This document shows positions 1 to 23,005 of a DNA stretch of 64,000 bases, in pieces. Source of the stretch: the human T2T-CHM13v2.0 reference genome, Homo sapiens; assembly GCF_009914755.1 (NCBI RefSeq), contig NC_060941.1; one strand, written 5' to 3'. Both the position numbers and the translations under genes were made by a program. The stretch's first letter is position 1; the number at the start of each line of letters is the position of its first letter. Below the pieces are notes generated by a model. The model was given only the letters and a program-made list of their open reading frames with translations, ran no database searches and had not been told where the DNA came from.

Positions 1-654
1 ATTCTCAATGCTTCACACAGAAACCCTCTTCTCCCAAATGAATTTCCCGTTCCCTTTCTCAGGGACCCCCAAAGGTATAGCTGCAGCCTCCCAGAACACT
101 TATTCTACAGGAGGCTGCTTAGACCACAGCTGTATTCGGGAAAAGGAAATTTCATTAGGATGTAATGATCTCAGGCCTCCAAAGCCCTGGCTGGCTGGAA
201 AAAGGAGGCTACAGTCAGGATCCTGTCCAAGCCGCCAGAAGAAGTGGCTGATGGCTTTCTAGGCTGCCTCTCTCTGTGCATAATCCTGCTCATATCTCAC
301 TGGTCACAGCTGCAAAGGAGTTTAGGAGTGTAGTATCTTAGATGGGCACATATCCCTAGAAAAGCATTGCAAAGCAGAAGGGGAAAATGGAGTTGGGTAG
401 ACAACAAGTATTCTCAGAAGATAAGGGCATAGCTGGCAATCTGAACAGTGAGTGTTAAGGTTAGCCATTCCAATATCACACAGATAAGAAAAGGCCCTAT
501 GATTTGGCAACCAAGAGATTACTCATGGCCTTGGAAAAGACAAACCTAGCAGAACACTGGATTGGGAGTGGGGTTAAGCAATGAGTGGGGGTGAGGAAGT
601 GGAGACATGGGACCCAGACTTTTCTACAGAGATGTTTCAGTAAAGAGAAATGAG

Positions 655-1015
<361 letters not shown>

Positions 1016-1258
1016 CTAACCTTTATTTTGACTGCTTCTTTTCCTCTCCCCAACTCAATCTTGGCAAGAGTTACTAATAGCAAAATTGACTGACCTGAGT
1101 TCCAGCTTCTCTCTGTTCTTCTTCCCAGGGAAGGTGCTAATGAGGAATGAAATGGCCAAAGGCTGAACTGCGGGAGGGAGAAGTGAAGCTCTGGAACATG
1201 TAGCAGCTGAGCGTGGAGCACTGAGGATTTTCTCCATGACAAAAAGGAGTTTTATCAT

Positions 1259-1543
1259 GGCCAGGTGTGGTGGCTTATGCCTGTAATCCCAGCACTTTGG
1301 AAGGCTGAGGTGGTAGGATTGCTTGAGGCCAGGAGTTCAAGATCAGCCTGAGCAACATAGCAAGACCCCGTCTCTAAAAAATTAATAAATAAATAAAAAG
1401 ATTAGCCGGGCATGGTGGCCTGTGCCTGTAGTCTCAGCTACTTGGGAGGCTGAGGTGAGAAGATGGCTTGAGCCCTGGAGGTTGAAATGCAGTAAGCAGT
1501 GATAGCACCACTGCACTCCAGCCTGGGTGACAGAGTGAGACCT
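1259..1543 (+). mobile_element. Alu (J-like), lacking A-tail
   Basis: Dimer consensus followed by a T-tract. Confidence 0.9.
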
Positions 1544-1559
1544 TTTTTTTTTTTCTTTC

Positions 1560-1726
1560 AGTGAAAGTACAGAGATTTATTGCAAAGGCAGAATTACACA
1601 CTTAAGAAAGGGAAGTGCAAGTGCAATGGGGTTTGGAGTCCCTACATTTATGGGTTTATTGAATTAAGGGGTGGAATATTCATGAAGATTCCTGGAAAAA
1701 GATGGAAATTTATCAGAACTGCGGTG

Positions 1727-1727
<1 letters not shown>
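1560..1727 (-). mobile_element. 3' LTR fragment of the provirus (truncated both sides)
   Basis: Homology to 6931-6990. Abuts the NUMT on the right and a T-tract on the left. Confidence 0.72.
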
Positions 1728-2277
<550 letters not shown>

Positions 2278-2279
2278 GC

Positions 2280-3393
<1,114 letters not shown>

Positions 3394-3775
3394 TCACAGG
3401 CTGAGCATGTATTGCTTTGCAAGGGGTTTCTTGGTCCCATACTTATGGGTCTACTTGAGACTTTATTTTATGGAGGATCTCCTGTTTTTCTGAGGCTGGT
3501 TTAGAAAATACAAGCATTGCCAAGAAGGAGGGCCTGATAAATGTAAAGTGGCTGCAAAGCTGGCTAGGAAGTCCTGTCTCAATAAAAGAGTAGGACATTC
3601 CAGCATAACTAGAAACCAGAGTTACCATATAGTTTTCTAGCCTGTAGCTTAGGGGTAAAGTGTTTTGATTTGGGGGTGCCATTGACACCCATGACAGTGC
3701 AGCTTTTGGAGAATAAGGGCCCAGAGTGGCAGTTCAGGACAGAGTGGCCACTGAGTCAATTAAGAAATTAATATT

Positions 3776-4092
3776 TGCCGGGCACAGTGGCTCACACCTG
3801 TAATCCCAGCACTTTGGGAAGCTGAGGCGGATGAATTGCTTGAGCCCAGGAGTTCAAGACCAGCCTGGGCAGCATGGTGAAACTCTGTCTCTACAAAAAA
3901 AAAAAAAAAAAAAAAAATACAAAAAACTAGCTAGGCGTGATCAGGGCTGCCCATAGTCCCAGTTACTCGGAAGGCTGAGGTGGGAGGATTACTTGAGCCC
4001 AGAAGGTCAAGGCTGCAGTGAGCCCTGATCACGCCACTGCTCTCCAGCTTGGGTGACAGAGTGAGAACTTGTCTCAAAAAGAAAAGAAAAAG
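3776..4092 (+). mobile_element. Alu (J-like)
   Basis: Dimer with TSD aagaaattaatatt. Confidence 0.93.
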
Positions 4093-4134
4093 AAATTAAT
4101 ATTCTTGGCTGGGCGCGGTGGCTCACGCCTGTAA

Positions 4135-4432
<298 letters not shown>

Positions 4433-4559
4433 AAAAATTAATATTCTTACCAGCCACGTGAAGAATCACTGAGGCTCCTCAGTTGTGATGACCATGCCTT
4501 TTGTGGGAGCCACCAGGAACCTTGGTCTAGTTACAGCCATGATGGCATCGGGCATTCTC

Positions 4560-5600
4560 CTTTCCCTTTGGAGCTGAAGGTAATCCCTTTTCCAATGGCC
4601 CTCCTGCTTGCAGGACAGGGTCTAGGTGGGGTCCCCTGACTGGGACAGTCTTCACTCCAATGTCCTGGCTTCCCACACTTGAAGCAGCAACCATTGCCTG
4701 CAGGTTTGCTGTTAGGCCTGTTTGGTCCATGGGCGAAGCATCCCCCCGGGTGACCCTGAGGTTACAGGGCGCTGCTTACAGCAACTGCTGTCATTGGAGC
4801 ATGCTGTCTGTTCTGTTGTTTGCCACGCTGGGTCCTTTCAGCCTCTCCAGCACCGTCCCTATTACTAAATACCCCAAAAGCCACATCAAGCATTTGATTA
4901 ATAGGCATTTGGGGTCCTCAAGCCAATTTCTGTAATTTTATTCTGATGTCAGGTGCTGACTGGTTAATAAAGTGTGTCCCTAGTAAAATCTGTCCAGCAT
5001 CAGCATTGGGGGTCAATGTTAGTATATTTTGTTAGGGCTTCCACAAGGCACCCCGACACAAATCTGGGTTGTCATCCTTTCCTTGAGTTATTCCCCTTAT
5101 TTTATTATAGTTCACAGGCTTAGCAGTACATTTTTTATTTCCTTTTTTTTTTTTCTTTTTTTGAGATGGGGTCTGGTTCTGTTGCCCAGACTGGAGTGCA
5201 TTGGCACGATCTTAACTAACTACAACCCCCACCTCCTAGGCCCAAGCCATCCTCCCACCTCAGCCTCCTAAGTACCTGGGACTACAGGCACATGCCAGCA
5301 TGCCTGGCTGATTTTTGTATTTTCTGTAGAAATGGGGTTTCGCTGTGTTGCTCAGGCTGGTCTCAAATTCCTGAGATGAAGCAATCCACCTACCTCTGCC
5401 TCCCAAAGTGCTGAGATTATAGGCGTGAGCCACCATGCCCAGCCTGGTACATTTTTTTATTCCCTCCACTAAACAAGTCACCATATGATTTATTTTTCTT
5501 ACATCAGCCTGGCTCTGTTGATCGTTCCAATTAGGGTCATTGTAAGGCATAGATGTGGTCCCCACAGTGTATTGCTCATGGTCCTCAGCTGATGAAATGC
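4560..5600 (-). pseudogene. ERV gag remnant (capsid and nucleocapsid), Alu-interrupted
   Basis: CFKCGKPGHWSEDC (4686-4645) is a perfect CX2CX4HX4C knuckle, followed by a frameshifted second knuckle PCP..KQEGHWKRD. Capsid-like DPNWN...[12 protein letters not shown] at ~5540-5450. Confidence 0.88.
5136..5444 (-). mobile_element. Alu (J-like) in gag
   Basis: Antisense Alu with TSD gtacattttttt. Confidence 0.92.
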
Positions 5601-5952
5601 CAAGTGCAAGAGCTCAGCCCTTACAATTGGTCACCTCCATGGCCATGACAGAAGACAGGCATTCCTAGACCCTTGGCTGACTGCCTTGGCATGTAGGCAT
5701 CCCTGGAGCCCTAGTGTTGTCCAGGGATCCATGGCCCCTGAGGCTTTGAAAACGGGGAGGCTTTCAAAGAGAAGCCGGACCAGCTGTAGGTTTCATTTGA
5801 AAGTCACAAGCCTGCTGATATCCATCTGAACGTTTATCACCAAGTACCACTTGGAAGTAGAGATGATTCAGCACAGCCAATAAACAGGGACCTTGAAGGG
5901 ACCCATTAAGAATCAGAGGCCTGGATTTGGCATTCCAGAGGGCAGTATCTAG

Positions 5953-6369
<417 letters not shown>

Positions 6370-6818
6370 TAAAGAGAGACAGGAAAAATGAAACAGCTCC
6401 CAACCAGGGTCAGTGTCTTGCCACAGCTGGTCCCTTGGGAAAACAGAAGATCCTTCCCAGAAAAAAGTCACAGTGCTCCTTGGAAGCCATCTAGCCACTG
6501 CACGGTGTGGGATTTTACCCTCCACCCTCTTTAGCCTCCAGTCAGGAAGGACGGTAGCTCCTCAGGGCTACTCAGTGTAGGTTGAAACCTTCCCACCTCC
6601 CTCTCATCCCATCAGGATGAACTGGGTTTTCCAGCCAGAGGGAGCAGAGGCGCTACAGCTGAGGGGAGTCAGGCTGCAGTTGACGCCAAGGAACGAGGAA
6701 GAAATTAGCAGTAACTCCAGAGAGTGAGAAGACTCCGACTAATATTGGAGTAGGATTTATAAACTGCCAGTGGTTCTAGAATTCGGCAACGACACTCCAG
6801 CCTGGATGGCCATAAAGA

Positions 6819-7030
6819 TGACACCAGTGGGCTGAGGGAGGTCCCCAAACACCGATGGGACCTCGACCCCAGCTGGTGTCCAGGCTCTTGACATCATCAC
6901 AAGAAGGCATTCAAAGGTGGGTCAGAAAATAATGAAATTACAGAGATTTATTGCAAAGAGAAAAGCACACACTCAAGAAAGAGGAGTGCAAACAAACACA
7001 AGGAGAGTCACATGAGAAAATACGTTTTAC
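6819..7030 (-). mobile_element. 5' LTR fragment of the provirus
   Basis: Ends ...TGTCA on the - strand at 6819, adjacent to the internal region, and is homologous to 1560-1620. Confidence 0.75.
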
Positions 7031-7144
7031 TGATTCTTACTCCTGCTGGCCCTGGCTTTCTCCTTCCTTGTCTTCCTTTTTTTCTCCCCTTGTGATCCTT
7101 TCTCTCTTCCATCCCCAATATATATGTCTTAGATAGGGAACTTA

Positions 7145-7360
7145 GATTTATTGAGCATCTACTATGTGCCAGGTACTGGGCTTTGGGCCTCATGGACTCC
7201 ATCTCACTTAGTTCTTCCAGCAGCTTTTGGAGGGATGTTCATTATTATTCCCACTTTACAGAAGAGGAAATGGAGGTTCAGGGAGGTTAAATGATCCAGG
7301 TCACACAGTCAAATGGATTGGCGCTGGGAACTACATCTAGATCTGTTTGACTCTAAAACA
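7145..7360 (-). mobile_element. MIR SINE
   Basis: Core cccactttacagaagaggaaatggagg and tttattgagcatctactatgtgccagg. Confidence 0.75.
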
Positions 7361-7431
7361 CTATTCTCTCCTTTATTTTTTGAGGGTCCATGAAGCACTA
7401 TCAAGGAGCTACAGAATGTCAATTACGTTCC

Positions 7432-7710
7432 TCTTTGGAGTCTTTGTTGCCCAGGCTAGAATGAAGTGATGCAATCTCGGCTCACTGCAACCTCCCACCT
7501 TCCAGGTTCAAGCAATTCTCCTGCTTCAGTCTCCCAAGCAGCTGGGACTGCAGGTGCCTGCCACCACACGTGGCTAATTTTTGTATTTTTAATAGAGATG
7601 GGGTTTCACCATGTTGGCCCCGCTGGTCTCAAAATCCTGACCTCAAGTGATCCACCCGCCTCAGCCTCCCAAAGTGCTGGGATTACAGGAGAGAGTCACC
7701 ACACCCGGCC
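7432..7710 (-). mobile_element. Alu (S-like)
   Basis: Antisense Alu with eroded tail. Confidence 0.9.
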
Positions 7711-8106
7711 CTCAATTGCATCCTTGAGTACAAATTCACATAACACACATGGAATTCCTGTTTGCTTATGAATCTTCCTATCAGGTGCCACTGATCTGCT
7801 AGTAGAAATCCTCCCAAGGAAAAGCTTGAAGAATGCAAGTGTTTTGCTGTCTGTCTAGGTTTTTTGTTAGCCTAAGGAGACACACAAGACTCCAGCTGCT
7901 CAGCCAGCCCCTCCGGGAGCCTCAGCCTGTGAGCAAAGTGATGGTGAGCAGGAGGCAGAGACCACAGGCTTCTGTTTACAGAATCTCTCAGACAATGGAC
8001 AAAAGAGTAGCAACTTTCATAACAACTTGACATTGATAGAGTTTCCAATATAGCTGCACATTTTCTACTGTTATTGCTCCAATCTTCTTCATGAAAAGTA
8101 AAAGGG

Positions 8107-8720
<614 letters not shown>

Positions 8721-8805
8721 GTAAAAGAAGGTTTTGGTCCTCACTTGGATAATCAGCAGTAATAAAAACATCTGGAATGAATCCACTCAGAGCCTTTCCA
8801 ATAAC

Positions 8806-8808
<3 letters not shown>

Positions 8809-8851
<43 letters not shown>
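8809..8851. repeat. (TC)n microsatellite
   Basis: Read directly, one interruption. Confidence 0.95.
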
Positions 8852-9304
8852 TTAGCACAGGTTAAATTTCTGATTGTTCCTTGAGGCTTTTTTTGGTGGA
8901 AATCTATGTTAAAGCATATTTTATGTGGCAGAGGAGGCCAAAAGTGATGGCTGCATGCTTACTTATTATTTTTCCATGAAATAGCATTTTAGGGATCCAA
9001 ATACAACCTATTTGATCCACAGACATGTACTGATCACTTCCAAGGCTGCGTAAACATTTAAAGACGTTCTTTGATGTGGTTAGACAAAGATGCCCTAAGC
9101 TATGGGTGCCAGTTAACTAGTTAATGCCAAATGTCTGGAGGAGCCAATTTGTTGGTCATTTTTAAAAAAGATCTGTGATGAGCAGTAAGAGGCTATCTGA
9201 AGCATTTTGTCTTTCATTTTTTAAAAACCTGGATCAAGATACCATGTGCAATATGAATATTTTTCTTTCAAAGGCAAGTATTATACAGAAGTTATCTCTA
9301 TGGG

Positions 9305-9643
<339 letters not shown>

Positions 9644-9860
9644 CTAGGGAGAGAAACATTTCTCTAATATTTGTGTTTGTATTTTATTTTATTTTTAACA
9701 TGCCCTTGAGTTTTCTTTTAAAAGTTTAAAACTAGTTCAAATGCAAAAAGAGCATACCCCCCCCACCCCCAACCCTGCCACTCACAGAAAGGGAACACAG
9801 GAACAGGATGTTTTTGAGGAAACACACTCCCTCTGTGTAGATTCACTGAAAATATGTCAA

Positions 9861-10154
<294 letters not shown>

Positions 10155-11126
10155 AATGTAATTTCTTTCAAGCTGACGAGCAAAGCACCTTTATCACTAA
10201 GATCACTGAAGGAGGAATGGGGAGAGGAGGGTGCCAGGTTTTGCCCCTTGAGTTGTTTGTTTGCTTCTCTCTGTCCCAAACACCCAAGAGGGGTGAAGGA
10301 GAACTACGAGGCGGTGTTCCTGAAATTCTAGGGAACACATTTTTGGCTGTAATTGGCCGACTGTTTCAGGCAAAATCACGACGACTTTAGCTCTCTACTT
10401 TGTTTTGTTTGAGAAAGTCTGGTCCCAGCACGCTTAGTTGTAAAGTGGAAATGTTTCTGGTTCTGGGATTCATTAATTCGGAGCCCCCTGCCTGTTCTGT
10501 ACAGATGAATAGGGCTCCAGCATCTCAGATGACCACATCTGAAATCCACCCAGAATCTTTTCCAGTAAATAGAAATCCATTTTGTACATTCCTACAGGAA
10601 TACAACTGCAGCATGAAGAGATGGTCTCTCCCTATACTTCACATCCTTCCTTAAAAATATACATGTATCTATTTCTCTATGGATCTGTTTCTCCTATGAA
10701 GCAACTTGAGACAAACTGTGGTGGTTAAGCTATTTTATATTATCAAAATAATTGGTGATTGATAGTTCAGTCTAATATTTCAACACTTTTTAGATATTGG
10801 AGCAGGTAGAAATGGATATAGCTATAGGTGTATTAAGACACTCTAGATCTGAAAATTCAATTGTGTAAAAGGATAAATTAAGAGTTGTGAATGGTTTTCA
10901 CTAAATCCTTTTTTTCTTCCCCTAGATAATTTATTTGGATGAGAGCTCTTCCTGTTCACCTTAGTATCTGTTGAAAGATGAGTATTTGGTGAAATAAGTT
11001 GGAAAATCAGAAGAACTTAAGACTAAAGTGTGGAAAGGTCATTGTGATGGATGATCACTCAGAAATGAAATGAAGTTAGAGCATCTCCCAAAATCATTGA
11101 TCACTGGACCAAGACAAATAGATCCA

Positions 11127-11995
<869 letters not shown>

Positions 11996-12018
11996 TCATG
12001 AGAGGCACGGCTGGTTCA

Positions 12019-12716
<698 letters not shown>

Positions 12717-12775
12717 GCCCCAGGCAATCTGAGTATCAGCCTCCACGCAGAGGCGGGGAAGCAAGGAAACAGAGG

Positions 12776-13449
<674 letters not shown>

Positions 13450-13606
13450 AGAGAGAAGAGACTAATTAACACCCCTTTTGACAATCTCCTGTTTCACAGG
13501 CATCAAAAGGGGAATTTATTTCCAAATCCCTTTATGTTAATCTGGAATGATGAGGGGACAAGAAGGCCACCTATCCTCTCCGGTATTCCCCTACTTCCCT
13601 GCTGAT

Positions 13607-13808
13607 GGTTCAAGCGATTCTCCTGCCTCAGCCTCCCAAGTAGCTGGGATTACAGGTACGCACCACCATGGCTGGCTAATTTTGTATTTTTGGTAGAGAC
13701 AGGGTTTCACCATGTTGGCCAGGCTAGTCTCAAACTCCTTACCTCAGGTAATCTGCCTGCCTTGGCCTCCCAAAGTGCTAGGATTACAGGAATGAACCAC
13801 CATACCTG

Positions 13809-13810
<2 letters not shown>
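13607..13810 (-). mobile_element. 3'-truncated Alu with (A)34 on + strand at its head
   Basis: Starts abruptly at ggttcaagcgattc. A-run at 13811-13844. Confidence 0.88.
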
Positions 13811-13846
<36 letters not shown>

Positions 13847-14297
13847 AAATGCAAATACATCAGCTGAAGAAGTTAATATTATATGAATGATCTGGTCAAT
13901 AAAAGGAGGTCTGGCACCAGATTCTCCTTCTGTTCAGCACAGCAAACTAGAATGGAAGCTCCATAGAGGAGGTACTTTATTTCAGTAACTGCTGTGCCCC
14001 CACTGTCTGGTATATAGGGGGCACTCAAGTAATATTTATCGGGTGTGGAGTGAATGGACCTGGAATATGCTAGGTGTTGTACCACAAAGTGGGAGAGGTA
14101 TCAAGAAAGCGTTTTATAACTCTTGTAGTTGGTGAGACAACATAAAAAGATAATTTCCAGACTGTGCTGGAGAAGCGTGGAGTGTTGTGGAAGCAAAGAG
14201 AAAGAACCCAGAAAGACAGGAACTGCTTAACAGCGAATAGGAGGTTCTACTACCACTGACTTGGGAAGCAGTATGCTGAGCAAATATGGCCATCCTG

Positions 14298-14795
<498 letters not shown>

Positions 14796-14970
14796 TGTCA
14801 TCCTTTCCTTTTGCCCATAACATCATTTAGGAGGACATATTTTTAAATTTCATATTTAATTTACTACAGTTACAGATTTTTAAACATATTTAAGTTTTTA
14901 AGTGCTGCTTACAAATCTGACTCTTCTGTATACAGATCACTTTACGGGTGTTTAAGGAAAACAATAATAA

Positions 14971-15495
<525 letters not shown>

Positions 15496-15803
15496 CTAAG
15501 TAATTAAACTTATACAACTGGTGAATATCTTAAAATTCTCTTAAGTGTTTTAAAAATGTTTATAAAATTCATATGATTTCAACTTAAAATCTCAGTCTAT
15601 AATCATTACTCATACATTTTAAATTTGAAACACAATTAGTCTGTTAAAACCTCTAGTATGCTAACTTCTCTTGAACACAAGTATACACAGTTTGCTTCTA
15701 AACTTAAAAAAACAAACATTTCAGAAGAGAATGCAATGTGGGCCTGTGATACCAGGGTGACTTTTCTTATATCTTTCTTATATCTGCCTGCAAGGTAGGG
15801 TCC

Positions 15804-16093
15804 TTTTTTTTTGAGATGGAATTTTGCTCCTGTTGCCCAGGCTGGAGTGCAATGGTGCGATCTCGGCTCACTCCAACCCCCTCCTGTCGGGTTCAAGTGA
15901 TTCTCTGCCTCAGCCTCCCGAGTAGCTGGGATTACAGGCACCACGACCACGCCTGTCTAATTTTTGTATTTTTAGTAGAGACGGGGTTTCACCATGTTGG
16001 CCAGGCTGGTCTGGAACTGCTGACCTCAGGTGATCCACCCACCTCGGCCTCCTAAAGTGCTGGGATTATAGGTGTGACCCGCCGCGCCCAGCC
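15804..16093 (-). mobile_element. Alu (S-like)
   Basis: Antisense dimer. Confidence 0.93.
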
Positions 16094-16139
16094 GGGTTCT
16101 TTTTTTTTTTTTTTTTTTTTTTAATATTTGCTTTGCCAT

Positions 16140-16901
<762 letters not shown>

Positions 16902-17137
16902 AGTTATTTGACACATTCGTTTACTGCTTCCTTTCCTCTCTAGGGCCATTCCTATTTTTGTACAAAAATACAGTTATTTTCCCATAAAAATTTACTTAGA
17001 TCTCATCGGCCACCCTCTTTTTTCACTCTTCTTTGCAACAGCATTCTGTAGCCTCTGACTTCAATTTCTCCCCTTCCCTTCTCTCTGAAACTCCCTCTAA
17101 ACAAGCTTTGACAACCTCCCTCCCACTGACACTGTTC

Positions 17138-17283
17138 TGGCTGGGCACAGTGTACATGCCTGTAGTATCAGTTACTCAGGGGGCTGAGATGGAAGGATTG
17201 CTTGAGCCCAGAAGTTTGAGGCCAGCCTGAGCAGTGTGGTGAGACCCCCATGTCAAAACAAAAGCAAAACAAACAAACAAAAA
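17138..17283 (+). mobile_element. Alu monomer (FLAM/FAM-like)
   Basis: Single arm with TSD gacactgttct. Confidence 0.8.
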
Positions 17284-17848
17284 GACACTGTTCTATTTAT
17301 TGTTTATCTCTAGCATCTATAACAGTGCCTGTTATAAGTGCTCAGTTTATGTTTATTAAGTTCTGTTTCTGAATATTTTTTATGTTCTTCCTGTTTGTTA
17401 GAATTGCATTTTGTACAGAAATTTGAATGACATCTGAATAGATTCCAAGGCTTTGGGAAGTATCACCATTCTAGTACTAAGGCTGTGATAACCACAGATA
17501 CAATGGCAGATTATACAGTTTGCCAAATAATATTATGTGTGCCTTCCAAAGACCCAGGCTGTCATCACCACATTGAATCTTGTGAAATAGCTCTAAGAGG
17601 AGGTGGTCATTCTCTGTCACTTACTGATTTATCTATATGAACCTTGTTAGACACACGTCCTGAGGCAAGTTTTGCTTAAATCTCTGCCCTATGCCTATTG
17701 ATGGGAGTTTTTACTCCCACCAATATGGGGGGCCTGCAACTTAAACTGACAAAAGACAGGTAACAGGTGACAAGATAAATTTGTATTCATGCATGTACAC
17801 AGTCCCACAGTATTTACTCCATTACTGTGTATAGCATAAAGCATCCAA

Positions 17849-18512
<664 letters not shown>

Positions 18513-18527
18513 TGCTCATGTGTATTA

Positions 18528-18962
<435 letters not shown>

Positions 18963-19277
18963 TCATGACTGTGTCAATATATAATATACAAATAATATCT
19001 TGGTATTCTGGGACTTAGCATTCATTGTTGAAAGAGTGGATGAGAATCTTGGTAATGCCAGCATTTTCTTTCTGCTCAGATGCTGATCCCACTCTAACCT
19101 ATCCTGTTTACAACTAATTCCTAGACTTTTTATGATGCAAAATTATAAAACAAGGATGGAAGGCTTACCTTAAAGAGAGAAGTGGAGGGATTTTTTGTCG
19201 AAAGTCATATATAATAAAGAGTACAAAAAATAATAAAAGAGAGGAGAGGGCGTAAACACTGATCTTGCTATGAGTAG

Positions 19278-19944
<667 letters not shown>

Positions 19945-20641
19945 AATCTATTGTACTTTTTAAAATGAGACTCCCCTCCAGGCTAAACCTTTCTCCTTTT
20001 GGGCTATAGCAGAAAGACCTGAGCTCCTCAGTGACAGGGAGCGTATCGTCTTTATTTTGTTTTCCTGGGACTAGCAGAGTGTCTGCTACAGAGCTGAAGG
20101 GTCATGTTTCAGTTTTTGGAAAGTAACTCAACTTCAGCCTCACATCTACTGGACAGAGTGAGCTTATCTTGGCCCTCCAGGCAAAGTCAGCTGAAGGCCA
20201 TGGTAGAGACACAACTGGTTCTTCTACTAGTCTTCTTCTAGTTTGCTTATTCGTTTTGCTGTATTTAGCTCTTTATAACCTTCAACAAATTCAAGGTTTT
20301 ATTGCGGTATAATTGATTTGCAATAAACTGCACATACTTAAAGTGTACAATTTGATGAGTTTTATATGTGCGTAATTGTGAAACCAACAGACAGGGAACA
20401 TAGCATCACCTCCAGGAGTCTCCTCACGGTGGTTTTATTTCAAGGTTTTATTATCTAGAGATAAAGAGATAAGGAAGGAGATAGATCAAATAGGATTCTT
20501 CACGATTTGATAATTGTTGAAGCTGGGTGACAAGGATTCAATGAGATTCATTGTTTGAAACTTTTTATATATGTTTCAAAAAATTCATTTATAAAAGTTT
20601 TTCTTTTTTTCTTTCTTTTTTTTTTTTTAGAAAAAACTTCA

Positions 20642-21053
<412 letters not shown>

Positions 21054-21106
21054 TTATGAACGATCTTAATACCCTCTCCCATGTCAATTAAACTAGTCAC
21101 GAATGA

Positions 21107-21805
<699 letters not shown>

Positions 21806-21809
21806 AGAT

Positions 21810-22720
21810 ATTTTAAATGTATATTTATATATAATCTTTTTAAAAACCCATACATGCTAACATTCTATGCACATTTCTGCATTTTGCATTTTCACTCATA
21901 CATCTGGAAGATATTTCTATATCAGTACATATAATTAAAAAAAAAAAAAAAAATCTCATTTTTTAAACAGCTGCAAATAATTCTAGCAAATGAATGCATA
22001 ATTGATCTAACTAATCTCCTGTGGATAGACATTTAATAATTGTTTGCTACTGGAGTCAGTGCTGCCTTTATACATATGCCTTCATGTACACGTGCGTTTA
22101 TATATGCAAGATACATTTATAGAAGTGGAAGTGCTAGGATTACATTTATAAAATGTATCAACCTTTTAAAAGTACATGCATCAAAATGTTTGATACATTT
22201 TTAAATGACAATTATTGCCAAATTGCTCTGTATCATGTCTGTGTGCGACAATTTACAATCCCGCTAATGATGTATGAAACCATTTGATTCTGTACACCCT
22301 TAATGAAACAGTGTGTTCCTTACACTTTTTATGTGTGCCCAACTCTTAGGTCACAGTGGGGTTTCAATATGATCTTAATTTACATTTATCTTTTTATGAG
22401 ACATGTTGAGAATTTTATCATAGGAACTATTTGTATTTCCTTTTCTGAGAACTATCTGTTCACGACATTTGCCATTATTTTTTCTTGGGCTTGTTATTCT
22501 TTTTGTTCTTGATTAATATCTGGTGGGATATTTATTCCTACTTTTTTTTTCATTTGGACTGTTGAATTAGCTTGTTTACTTCTAAAAAAATTCTACTTTC
22601 ATTGGGCTAAGTTACATTTATGGTTTAATTAAGAAAAACTGACATTTCAATGTCTCTTCCTGTATGAGAACAGGGCATATCTTTCCATTTATTCAAGACA
22701 TAAAGTGGGTTTAAACAGGT
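21810..22720 (-). mobile_element. Old L1 (L1M-type) 3' fragments
   Basis: Degenerate antisense L1 3' motifs (gatagacattt, agaagtggaagtgctagga, tgccaaattgctct, catttatctttttatgag). Confidence 0.55.
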
Positions 22721-22739
22721 ACATTTTTAAAAGATGGCT

Positions 22740-23005
22740 ACTTGTGGAGTCCAAATTGAGAAGGGCAAGAACGAAAGCAGGAAGACCAATTAAGTGGTCC
22801 TGCAGTGGCCCAGGAAAGAGATGATAGTGCTTAGGCTAGGGTTGGGGGTGGATAGATTTGAGATCTGTCCTGGAGGAAGCACCAATTAAACTTTCTCATG
22901 GATTGGATATGGGAGTAAGACCAAGGGAAGAATAAGGATGATGCCTAGGTTTTCAACTTGAGCCATTGAGGGACTAGTGATGCTGTGAGATACAGGAGAC
23001 AGAAA
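22740..23005 (-). mobile_element. L2 fragment
   Basis: ccaggaaagagatgatagtg, atggattggatatggg and aaggatgatgcctaggtttt motifs. Confidence 0.65.

Noticed and set aside
6800-6818. Primer-binding site next to the 5' LTR
   Set aside because: The - strand reads tctttatggccatccagg, too degenerate to assign a tRNA by eye.
10905-11000. Strong-looking acceptor tttttttcttcccctag as a lncRNA exon
   Set aside because: No convincing paired donor or other support from the sequence alone.
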